Source of the DNA: Pecten maximus
Taxonomy: Eukaryota
NCBI RefSeq assembly: GCF_902652985.1
Contig: NC_047015.1
Location: 40,486,001 to 40,550,000, forward strand
Direction: 5' to 3'
DNA: 64,000 nt
The notes under the pieces were generated by a model. It was not told the DNA's origin, did no database searches, and was given only the letters and a program-made list of their open reading frames with translations. This document shows, piece by piece, positions 23,801 through 36,614 of the stretch. The translations under genes and the position numbers were made by a program. Positions within the stretch are counted from its first letter, which is position 1. Each line of letters opens with the position of its first letter.

Positions 23801-26800
23801 CAAAACAGATTTGCTATTCATTATTTTTGGACATGCCAGTAATACCAACGCCCCGTTATACTTTATATGGATGTCTGCGTGTCGTTGCAATGAGTGATTT
23901 TAGTGTGCTTTGACAATAACGTTCATTTTTGAGACTGGGCAGGAAAACCAAACGGTTGACAGGTCGCCATCTTGAAATTTAACAGTTGAAATTTGTTTTC
24001 TCGTGTTCTTTAAGTACAGCTAGGATATTTCTGAAACTTGATGGTTCCCCTATGTCTCTTGTGCCAATTCAGGTTTTAGTGTTTTATCGGAAAAACAAAT
24101 AGAGTGATATGATTTGCCGTGTTGACAAATTTCTTTCTGCCCGTACAGATATTATGACCACAAGTGTCTATAAATGTCTGCATGGGAATCAAATGTATAA
24201 GCATTACATAACATTTTCCGCTCACTAGAGACAAGACATCATTGTCTTTAATTAAGACATTATTATTGATGACGTTAAATGTTTGCTTTACAACAATTAT
24301 ATCACTCCGGCGTGTGTTTTTAATCCTTAAAACTGTCGTCAATGTCAAGACAAGGCTATGACATTCGTTTCGTAAGATAAATGCTATCTGTAGTCATTGA
24401 AGAAATTATATTATTTCAACAAACATCATAAAAAGCTGTCTGACTTCCCGTTAACAACAAACTGTGTAACAGAAGTAACCACGAGGGTGAAAAGATCACG
24501 TGATAACGTCGGAAAGAGAAAGAAATTATTAAGCTTGTTATCTTTTCTTCTGTTGTGACATGTCAAAATATTTTGATAGGTTAACAATACATTTCCACAT
24601 TATTTAAAATCTAATGAAATCACAGTTGAATCCTCCCTATATAAACCAGACAGAAGTGTCATTTATCAGATTATGAATATAATTGGTCGCGTGAATACTA
24701 GAACCACGAGGACTGCGACAAAATCAAAATGGATGTTTCAGTCGAATTAATCTTCATGAAACGGAAAAACATATGAGAACCTAATCCTTACTATTGAGCT
24801 GCCTCGTTATGATAATTGTTTTCGTAATGTATGACACTGGTTGCAGGTAATCATCTAATGTCGTGGATTACTTAAGGAAATTCATTGAAACTTATTCATC
24901 GGAATTGAGAAGTAACCTAATCGGTTAGAAAACAAATACGCAATTGATGGAATATATTAATATAAATTCTTTTAAAAAAAATGTTCCAATGTCTAAAGTT
25001 AACATGACGCACATACATTACCAGTTTAGGGTGATTGTGAAATAGACTGATTGTTGTTATATTTACGACACATTGTTGACATAGTTACCTACCAATGACT
25101 GTACTGAAAGGTTGTTTTCACATTACATCTTGTGTATCAAGATTATAATCACTGTCATTTATATAATCTCTGTGTAATCTATAAGGCAACTTAATCATAC
25201 AGAACATTACATTTTTATATAAATTTCCCAAATAAGTAGATACGATTGTTCATTGTTGATGATCGTGTAATCGAACTGAGATATTGTTGCGGTCGTTACA
25301 ACATCAAGGTGCAGAACTAAGTTGACAAAATACATTTATCACGTAAGAAGATATACACATATAATGTAAAAGAACATCAGTCTGATTAATTGAAATACGA
25401 CGACTGGGGTTAAACATGTTAATATATTTTAACACAAATTTTTCCAAATATGGAATGAAATGTAATTGACCCAAATGCACGCGCGTTTAATGGGTGATGA
25501 CCCGCTCTTGCGAATGACTCTATCGTTATCTAAATCCCGTAACAGTCCGTACAATTGTCCTTTTATGGAAAATGATGAATGAAAACCTGATCCCCCTCCT
25601 GGCCATTCATGACCCAGACAATTGCAATACGATATCAACTACTTAGATGTGTTGAATACAAAATGCGCGTGCAACCACTCATTAACTTGTAATTAGATTA
25701 TAAATCCACACGCTAAACTTAAAGTCATTAACCAATGTTTTCAGTGTATTAAACTGACCAGATTTGATAGGAGAGCTTTAATGGTTTTCGTGACAGTTTT
25801 TCTAAAATCGAAGTATACAGCGTGTTAACACTAAGGGTTTATCTGTTAGAGACAATGATTCACGGAACACAGGGGGGGCTTCACATTCCACATATCTTAA
25901 TGTCAAGAAGAAAAACTGCACATTTATAGGAAATCATTATATATCTGTCTGTTTAACATTATACGTCTACGGACAAAACAATGCCATCGAAGACGATCAT
26001 TACAATTAAGTTATGTAACCTTTGACCTTTCTGGTAGATATTGATCTCGTTATTTTAAACGCAATCTGTCACATAAGACAATTAATGGCATGACCAACGA
26101 CATCACGATACAACCAAATACCCGATAGGTTGGGCTCGACCACGAACAATACGCCTCATTCTTACGTAATCATTTATCTTTGTCCGAGACAAGTTGTCTA
26201 ATTGAAGGAATTTCAAACATTGTAAAACAATGTTGTAGATACATTTTTTTATTCAAAATAATCAGCTGTTTGTCTAGGTGTGGCGCTTATCATTATATGG
26301 ATCTTATCCTTTGTTAGAACAAACCGCAAAAAATATCAGTATAAAGCAGTTCACACTCCTGTTAATTAATAGGCGACTCAGGCCCGTACTTATCTTTAAA
26401 TAGCTAGACATACCGTCGTAATTTTATCAATGAAAGAATATGTAGGAAATAAGTCTTAGGATCATAAATACATGAAGATGTTATATAGACGTGTTTGTGG
26501 TGGACCTTCAATAGATGTAATGGAAATACTGATATCAAATATATAGACTGGAAGAAATGCAAGAAAACAATTACTCTCGGCTGACTGAACATTTCATTTT
26601 TGCTTTGTCATAAACACAATATGTCTCGTGGAGGTTTCTTAGGTAGCATTCTAATTGGTCGACGATAAACTTCCAGTTCACTTTTTTGAACAAAAAGTAT
26701 TATTCTTTTGGCTCTGGATGCTATCAGAAATTATCCATTGACTTTTTTTTATTATTATTATTTACATGGACTCGGTAAACTCAATCTCGACCCCCAAATA

Positions 26801-29800
26801 GAATGGTTTGATGTCAACTGCACTGCAATATATGCCGTAGGTAGATATCCGTTATTGTCATATTACAAGTATTTTAACACAAACAATAACGAAGCTAATG
26901 TATTCCATGACATGGAGACGATGATGTTACCCGTCAACAGAGTGTGAATTACATCATGTCAAACATTGGTAATAGATAACTTAAACGTGAAAGATGTCAT
27001 GTAGACTTCCGTAAACTGAACATGATTTGATAGAGAAGATATAATTGTTTATTATGAGATGCAGTATTATGTATCGTACGAACACCCAATCTCAATGTCT
27101 TTGTTATAATTTCCAACCAAGTACTTTTTCGGTGCATGTTTGCTACAGCTTTTGTATTGAAAATAGGTCAACGGATACATCAAAATGTATCTATACAGTA
27201 CAGTTAAACCCGTTGATAATGAAATATAACAGGAAATATTTGTGTGTATCAACAATCACTTTGTCGAGAAACCGCGAAAACAAATCCAACGAATTTATTT
27301 GCAATACAAGATTAGTATTGGTTAATAGGGAATTTGAACGACGATACTAGCTAAATCTTGAAACCACGATAAAATGTATCCACAAACTTTCCCGTTTTAC
27401 AGTTTGCCAAGCCGTATGAAGTATGCCATTTTTGATATCCTTATTTACATATCATTGGCAAGTGAAATGTTATTTTGTAGTAGTGCAATTTTTCATTTTC
27501 TTTCTCTTTTACAGATACATACAATGTTCATGAAAAGTATGGACCGTGGGTCACTTAGAGCAGCTAAAGAATGCCGTCACCAGTTTAGATGGGACAGATG
27601 GAATTGTCCCATAGTCGACATGGATCGTCAAATACACAATATTAGAGGTAATATGCTAAATAAATTTCCATTTCTGGAACAAATTGTTTGGAGAAATTTC
27701 AACAATCACCACTATCATAAAATATAATAAGGAGAAAACTTTCAATCTGATCTAACACTGCCATAAGTGTTTGATAAAGTGCAACCGAGAACATTATACT
27801 TTTGAAAGACCCCTACAATGTCACTAATGTTCAATATTGTGCGACATTGAACATTATACTTTTGAAATGATCCAATCACTGTCACTAGTGTTCAATATAG
27901 TGCCACTTAGTACATTATACTCTTAAAAGCATTAGCCTTGTTACTGGTGATCAGCGTAGAACAACAGGAAGTATTTTTTTTAAGAATATCTCTACGGTCA
28001 AATCGCGCTCGCTTTATATGATAAAGATTTTGACCAGATAATTCCAATCGGATTCTTCCATTGTTCATTCTGTTACTTTTATATAAAATTAAACGAGTTG
28101 TACATCACTGGAATCGCTGTAAGGCCTTGGAATAGACAACGTGTAAAACACGGATGGCTATTAATAGTTTAATCAATTTTCCTGTCATTGATTTATTTAC
28201 AAACAAATTATGCCTAAAAATATATTTCTCTCGCCTTTCTGTATGAATATCAATATGGTAAGTCCTAAATAAATACTTCTGAATCAGAATTAACCCTTTT
28301 CTAGTTCTGTCCCTGCAAACCTTGTTGATTACGTTTTGAGGTGCTCACTGATGTTGATCCTGTATACTCCCTCTGGATGAACACAGAAATGCCAAACACA
28401 CCGCTTGTTTTTGAGATACTGACAGAGCATACAAAGGATATCCGCCATGCCGGATGTCGCCGTTACTGCAAATTCAGACTGGGGCTTCCCGGTACACGGA
28501 TCGGAGGCTGCAATCATATTGTATATTTCATTATTATATAAATTGTATTTTACAACAAAGAAGTTATATCAACATGTATCAATAACTTTTGTTGGCCTAG
28601 ATAGAAGCGCGTGAAGGGTTTTACTGTGGGAAGTACCCGGAAAAACCCCGGACAAGTGACCCCATACCATTTCACACCCGGTAGTGGAATCGAACTCCAG
28701 TCGCCTACATTGCCTAGTTGAATGGCAATTGCATGCGTGATATTTGACTGGCATATTTAAATGAAATGCCCATATAGAATTATTAGGGGGAAATAGAAAA
28801 ATAATAATTATAATATCCATACTACAAATATAAAACGCCTTTCTCATACTTAGCAAAAGTTTTTAAAACTGATATGTAAGAAATAATTATATTACGTTAC
28901 TAAGAGAGTTGTGCCATTTATGCACGGTATAAAAATATCAAATCAGCAACCAAGTAGCGTTATAGTGGTGTATATCTCACATGGTTCGTAGAATGACATC
29001 GTAGGTTTGTTTTGTTCCTTTATGGATGATCTGCTTCTCATAGGATCACACGAATCTGGTTTCGGGGTCGGATTGACTAGGAAGACAGGTTCTATTGGTA
29101 GATAGGTAGGTTCCATCCCCATAGGTATAGCAATGGGTCCGTCCAGTCCATCAACCCACATTACGGGATAGTCCCAAGGTAAGGGGTGGACAGGCATATA
29201 GCCAAATCGGTGGTCCCAAATGAAATGTCGGCCATGTTGGTCCACCTCCACCCTCTGCGACCTGACATAGGGTGGTTGTATTCTCCTGGGTTTTAGATGT
29301 TGTCTAGTCTTCCTCCGTTGTTCTTGTTCCATCAGAGCATCTATCACTGTGTCCGGGTTCTGTTTAAAGGTCATACTGAAGTGTTTTCTATACACTTCTA
29401 CATCATCTACGGATAAATGGAGTTGTTGTAGTTTATATACCAGTAATCCTCATTAATTTCGTAGAAATGTACGAATCTGTTCTCCATATTATAATTATGT
29501 AACTTTTCATATCAATATCGTCGAAATTCTGTACGAATATGCTGGCTGTGTTCTTTTAATCTTAGCTATATACATATACTCGTTATCTTTATAAATATAG
29601 TTGATATGTTGTTTCATATTACCAAGTCATTAGTTGAATAATAACGTTTGTTAATTCCATTAATGCATTTATCGTATATCATCCACCGTGTGTACCGACA
29701 GTGTTTATATTCGTGACAAATGTGTCAAAGCATACTGGTCGTGGTTTCTATGACAAATGAACACGTGACTATTGGTCAGGAAAAGTCAGTATGACGACAT

Positions 29801-32800
29801 TGTGCTGACGTGTATTTTTATACCATTTGTTATTTAACGTTTAAGAACTTCGCTTTCGTATGAACATGACGTAAAATATTTGTGAAATTTAAAATGCATA
29901 ATTGATTTCATAATTATTGTGATTATCAGTCGTTACCATTTGAGACGATAAGACAAACAACTTACGTCTAACTGAGTCAGCTTGGTCTCCATCGCTTATC
30001 GTTGGAGTACACTTCATCACCAGTAGAATAAACACAATCGCCATTGCTAGCGATAAATTCATGGTTCTTGGTAAGGCCAGTTACCAATCAAACGTTTCGT
30101 TTAACATTTTCATATCCCGTCACAACACACTTATGACACAAGCCGGGAAGTGGGTATCTCACTAGTATATGTGTATCGTGTTGTGTTCTACCCCTCTGAA
30201 CGGTTTTCTAAACCAGTCGTGGTCATAGCTTCCAGGCATAGATTAGGTCATCCATCGTCGAAGATGATTGATGACGTTTTTGATACTACCTGACTAACAG
30301 TTCTGTATTTGGATATACGAATTTCCATCTCGACGGTATAGTGTTTAATTCAGCGTCAGTTAGTGGAAGTGTCTTTGTTTTTCTAAATGAATGTCAAATG
30401 GATAAAACAAAAGGCGGAAAGTTGCAGTTAAAATGACTGTTGAAACTTCAGCAGTAAGCCGTATGCAGAACTATTATAAAGAAAAGGTAATGACGGCATT
30501 GGATTGTCCAATGGTCGCATGTTATTATCAGTTTGTCTTTACAACTGTGTATTAAGAAAGATTTAACATAGTATATTTACTTTATTTTGAATCTTTAGAA
30601 CTTTCTGAGAATCACCCTTTTGATTTTGTTACAATAACTTATACGTGTAAATGTGGATAAGTTATAGTTGGCGTATATAACTTATATATTATTTTATTTA
30701 TTGTTTTAGCCAATCGGGAGACAGCATTTGTCCATGCAATCTATTCCGCCAGTATTATGTTTGATCTGACGTCACAGTGTAACCTTGGCGGGAACCCCGT
30801 GTGCGCGTGTGACGATTCGCGCAATGGTGTTAAAGGTACTTATATATTTTTATTTCCTATTGATATTTCTCAGGAATTAATGGTATCCACATCATCGTCA
30901 TCATCCACAACAGCAACAGTCTTTTCCCCCCTACAGTGTTAAAGAAACGGAACGTTGTCACTGCGGTCAGTTATACTAAATATGATGGAATATATTCTTC
31001 GATATTAGCCCTACGATGAAAGATTTACATTATCGTTGAAGCGGTTGTAATCTTCCTTTCATTTCAAACATAAATATGAGCCATTCGATAAGGATGTTTA
31101 CACGGTGAAATAATTCCATGAGAATGATCTAGTATAATTTTGGTCCATTTTTGTAAAATTCTTTCGCATGCAAATACGTGGTAATTGTGATAATACCATT
31201 AGTCACGAACGATGAACAGGTTTAAACAATCATCACTTTTTCTACCCTGATACATTAACTTATACGAGACTTATGCTAATGTACTCTTCACCACATGCAG
31301 TCGAATTACTAGAAATCCCTGCATTACCTTCATTGAAAAATATATCATATGAGATATATTTTGTTTATTATCCTTATCCGGAACTATTAATGCAAGAAAG
31401 GTCGGCTTGAACCTGTCAAAGAATGAGATAATGACATCTGAACGTTCCAGGGGAAAAAAACATGTTAAGACACGGGGAATCTTATTACTGAATTCCGGAA
31501 GCTACAAGGCAGAACATGTGTTGAGTCTATCATTATAGTATTAATGAACGCGAGATATCTGCGGTTTAATCCCTACTTAAGGATGGTAGAGCCAATTTTC
31601 TGACATACTTACGCCTTTTGCCCGGAGTCTTTTAACACTGTTTGACACAGTAAACCTTAAAGTGGTCACTTCATCGCGTTATTTACACTCGAATGCCTCC
31701 AAGAGCGGTCAAGTCTAAGATGCATTGACATGTACGGCGGACAATGAATAAGCTTGTTTTGTCGGTTTCCTTTTCAACATCAAGTTATACTTTGTGAACC
31801 TATGATCTGTATAAGTGTGTAAAGATTATTCATTAGTCAAGTAGATTTTAACAATCATCCGGCACACTTAATCACAAATACCTTTAAAACGTATGGAGGA
31901 TTTCATTAAACAGTCAATCACTATTTTTTGATGTGGAGGCGTTTTTTCAAATCAATAATCTTTCTTTTACTGTTAGTATGATGTAGCGATTTTGTTGCCC
32001 CAAAACAGTATTACATGTCACACATACCGTCGTTTGGGGACGTTATGACACCATAACCAAGACAATTGCATGTGAAATATAACATTGGATTTTAGTGAAT
32101 TTTCTAAACACTCTTATGAATTTTCACACTTTTGGCCCCTAACATTTAATACATATGGTATGATCATTAATAATAATCCATTTCGTTTCAAATAAAAACA
32201 AAATAATTGTAATTACTTAATTTGAAATATGGTTTTCATAAGTATCAGTCAGTCGCTGAAACATTGGTGGGGCGTCAAAGTAGACCAACTACAGATCATT
32301 AACACTATACTGGTAGGCTGGGACAAGTCTATACTGTTTACAAGTAGATAGTGTTACACATTGGTCATAGAATAATAAAAACGTGTCAAGTTGGGAGCTA
32401 TATTCTTTGAATACCAGCTTATATTTTATCGAATGAAGATATTGAAACATATTTTGTTATAATTACCAAATAATTATATTCATTGACAATTTGGTTCAAT
32501 TTCGATTTAGAATACCATGAAGAGTTCATCAGTTTAAAACTTTACCATACACCCTGCTTCAACTTTGATTGGGTCTATAAAACCAGACTGTATACATTCC
32601 ATGGATAGTGTTCATCTACGCCCAGTTTTTAGAGTTGTATTTATAAATTAATCAAATAACTTAATTAATTGAAAATGATCTATATTAAGAGCGGAACTGT
32701 TTATTTTGATACAATTTAATTGTCTTCACAGGCGGATATAACTGGAGCTGGGGAGGATGCAGTGACAATATCAAATTTGGAGATTCCGTCTCAAAACACT

Positions 32801-33543
32801 ATCTTATCTCCATGAAGAAGGGCAAAGATTCGTACGCCGCTGCTGTTATTCACAACAATGGTGCTGGACGAATGGTAAGTTTGATAACGGAATTGAGATT
32901 GAATTGACTTCGAAATACGCACCGCATCAATGTTTAAAACTAATAAATCGATTGTTCGTAATGGAAAACGTGATATTCAGAATGTTAAACATAAGCACCT
33001 TTTAAGAAATATAGATAAAAGTGTTTCATCAATTCTGTTTTTCAGAGTGTCAGAAAAACAACACACTTGATATGTAAATGTCATGGTGTTTCCGGAAGTT
33101 GTTCTGTGCGGACCTGCTGGCGACAACTCGGCAGTTTCCGCTCAATCGGAAACTATCTAAAACGAAAGTACAAAAAAGCAGTACATGTAAATTTCTTTGA
33201 TGGAAAACTGCGACAAGGCAATGTTGTAAGTGGTGTAAAATTGAACATGATTTCTAACAAACAGCTTGTGTTTTTGGAAAAGTCTCCAAACTACTGCAAG
33301 GAAAATTACAGCCTCTCTCTGAACGGGACATTAGGGAGGCAATGCTCAAGGAACAAAGTGGGTGTCAAACAAAATGCGGCTGAACGAAAGAGTTGTCGGA
33401 CCTTGTGCAAAGCTTGTGGATTAAGAGTGAAACATGAAGTAGTTACTATTAAGACAACGTGCAACTGTCGCTTCCATTGGTGCTGTCACGTGGCCTGTTT
33501 TGACTGTGAACAAAAACATGATGTCTATTCATGCAGCAAATAA
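20886..33543 (+). CDS. WNT8: Wnt8 ligand, about 355 aa
   Basis: Phase-consistent exons 20886-20962 (signal peptide), 23240-23330 (WSLNKILMTGPKA, a Wnt8-type N-terminus), 27515-27647 (ECRHQFRWDRWNCP), 30710-30835 (ANRETAFVHAI..CACDDSRNG), 32732-32874 (WSWGGCSDNIKFG..HNNGAGR), 33046-33543 (CKCHGVSGSC..CNCRFHWCC). Confidence 0.93.
28943..29374 (-). CDS. Orphan intronless ORF (143 aa from the first ATG) nested antisense in Wnt8 intron 3
   Basis: Stop-free frame of about 165 codons in AT-rich DNA, visibly richer in GC than its flanks. Non-repetitive Pro/Trp/aromatic-rich product with no family recognised. Confidence 0.45.
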   Translation of the reverse strand: MTFKQNPDTVIDALMEQEQRRKTRQHLKPRRIQPPYVRSQRVEVDQHGRHFIWDHRFGYMPVHPLPWDYPVMWVDGLDGPIAIPMGMEPTYLPIEPVFLVNPTPKPDSCDPMRSRSSIKEQNKPTMSFYEPCEIYTTITLLGC

Positions 33544-36500
33544 TGTGTTAAACAATCCATAAATGTGAAAACTGATCATGACTTCGCGAGAAACACTTTC
33601 TGACCCTCGGTTCGACACATTTATGCATTAGATTGCGTTGCTGAATACCATGCTATACGAATTCATTTTGTACATTATAGTTGATACTTGGGATACTACC
33701 GAAGAATAGTATTGATTATAATCATTTAATTATTTATGTAAACTGTCTCTGTATTAATAAGAAACAACTCGGCGTGCCATTATTTGTAAGTATGTACGTA
33801 ATTATAGTTGTTAATATTTGTAGATGTTTTCTGAACCGCATTTTAGTTTTCTGTGTCAAGAAATTGAATTCGTTGCTCCGGATTTTTTTTGATGAATTTT
33901 GCTGTTTGATGTAAATAGATAATTATCTCTTGCATATATATCTCTAAAATATCATCATCACCTCCAAACGTAAAAACTGATAATCGGTATAAAATGCCTA
34001 TATTGTGAACGCACATGATTATTTTAATGCGCGTAAATTCAAGTGCTCAAAAAAAGGTGCATTACCAATATTCAGTTTTTTGCAATACTTTTTGACCTGT
34101 TACGTAAAAGTGCTTAAATTGTTTGTTATTTATTAGATTAATAAAAGTCAATTAGTTGACTGTTAATTATCTCTTTTGTTAATAAATGTCACTAAGATTA
34201 ACAGGTTATCAAAATCATTAAACATAAGATGTAATGTATGTTTTTGTTAAATCAAGAAATATTAATCAGTGTATTTCTCCATTTTTAAACGCGAGACCAT
34301 GTATTTTATTACTAACTCATTATCATAGCAATATATTTCTTAAGTTTGAGATTTTGCATGCACTTTTTATGCTTGTACAAAAGAGACTTAGATATTACCT
34401 TTAAACATAAAGTAATACAGTTATAGATATGCTTATGCCGAATCCTGAATGTAAAAATTCATACAGCTGTTTTGTCTTTCGATTACTATTCTTTAACATT
34501 ATGGTTAAAAGTGTCGAAACCAGAAGGGAAGACAGGAAAAATAAAATAGGCCTGAAAACTCGATTTTCGATATTTTGGAGGTGATCATAGAATCCGGAAA
34601 ATAGGTACCTTGAAAATAAAATTCATTTGGGGGATTATGGTCAGCTACATATATTTCTGAGAAAAATCTATCAGTTTTGTCTCAAACTTTGATAAAACCT
34701 CTAACATTTTGATAAAACTACTTAAATATGTCGATATTGTACATATTGTACAATTTTAATTGTATGTTGAGGAAATCATTTAGGTGCCACTGGGATGTAT
34801 TTAATACTCGTTAATGAAAAAGAATTATACCAGATATGAACCACCCAAAAACGCAACATTTGATAAATAGGTTTCTCGCAATGTATGCATATTTTTCGCG
34901 TTCAAGCCTGAGTTTTCGTGGTATATCTTAGCTTTAAAATAATAGTAAAACATAATAGGCGAATATTCTCACTAAAGAGTTCATTTAATTGCCATCAAAC
35001 CAGAGTAAAAAGTGATTTACTAGAGATTAACATTGTAATAAAACAATAAATGATTGTAATAGACATTTAAACCATTTACCTCTCTAACATCGTAGCAATA
35101 CTTTGTTTGTTCATATCTTCGACTAACATATTAAACACAAAACTACAGGAATAGGCACCATTCCCTAACGTTTATCAAAGTACAAGTATATATTCCCTAA
35201 CTATATTTTTTTCAGTATACTATATTTGACAAAGGGTATAAGAAGCGAAATAATATGAATATCTGTGATAATTGTTGATAATAAAGACGTTCATAAGCTT
35301 ATATACTCGTCTATGTTGTACATTACCTATATCTTCACATATTTATGGGTTGTCCTTCAATCACACCCTAACAGGTGGTCAATCATATATTTCTGCATAT
35401 CAGTTATCTAGATATGGTTGTACTCTAACTCTTGCTTGTCACTAGAGATCACTTCTAACATACTCTAGGCGACAGTTCACTATAATAGTAATTGTCATAC
35501 CTTACCACCTATGTCTCCCGTGAAGAATTTAAGGTCAATAACTCTAAGAATGTCAACACCACTGAGTGAATCTGCTCTTAATTGACCTTTAACAGCATAC
35601 TATACTATAGTATATAATTGGCAATTTTCCCTTCTACATAGGCGTGTTTTTTCAGCATATATGATTGGCATTACTTCGAAATATTTGGCTTTACACAGTC
35701 CATATGTACATTAAGGATAATGGCTCATCAGGTTTAAAGTATCATCAACCTCCGTTGATACGATACCAAAGATGTAAAAATGGGCTTGCTTTCTTAAAGT
35801 GCCGTAATGCAAATGTAGATTATATCTGTTATTTAAGCCATTATTATTATTTTTATTTTATTCTTATTTACCGAATAGGACTAAAAAATGCATACTGAAA
35901 TGTTTCTCCAATGGTTCAAACTCTGATTATGAAAAATCTGATACAACAGAGTGGCATTCTTGTGGAGATATACAGCCTGCTTTAATTTACTGTTTGTTTT
36001 CAAGGTACAATGTATAAAACAATGTTGTTTTGTTTTAATTTCTTTCAAAAATGTAATTAAATCAATAGAACATAATAATAAATGGCTACTTTACCACTCT
36101 TGCTATTTATTGTGACTATTCAAAAAGTTTAATGTTAAGATGGTATTTTATTTCATTTTAGGCTTTAAATAAGTGCTAAAGACAGCAAAAATAAGGTTCA
36201 TGAAAATACTTTAGAGTCTTTCGTACATATGAGCTAGGCAGGGATAAACCCCGTATCTCAATATGGGAAGCCCGGAAATGACGATGCGAATGTAACAATA
36301 TTGTTCATTTTATAGTGATTTCGTCTGTCTTTAACTGAAGTGACGTCATATTGGTTTGTTTATTTTTCTTTTCTTTATTTATTATTTCATTTTATTTTAT
36401 CTTGTTTTATTTTATTTTTTGAATAATAGATAAACTTCACATCTTTGAATGATTGTTTATGAAGTAAAGGATATCAGAAACTTTAAAATTGATGAGCCAG

Positions 36501-36614
36501 TACCCTTTAATAAAAATAACTAATCTGTCCGTTTCACTACCTTGTTTTGTTTGAAAATGATGTGAAACATCAAGATAGGAAGCCAGCACAATAAGCACCG
36601 TCCAGTCCATTTGG

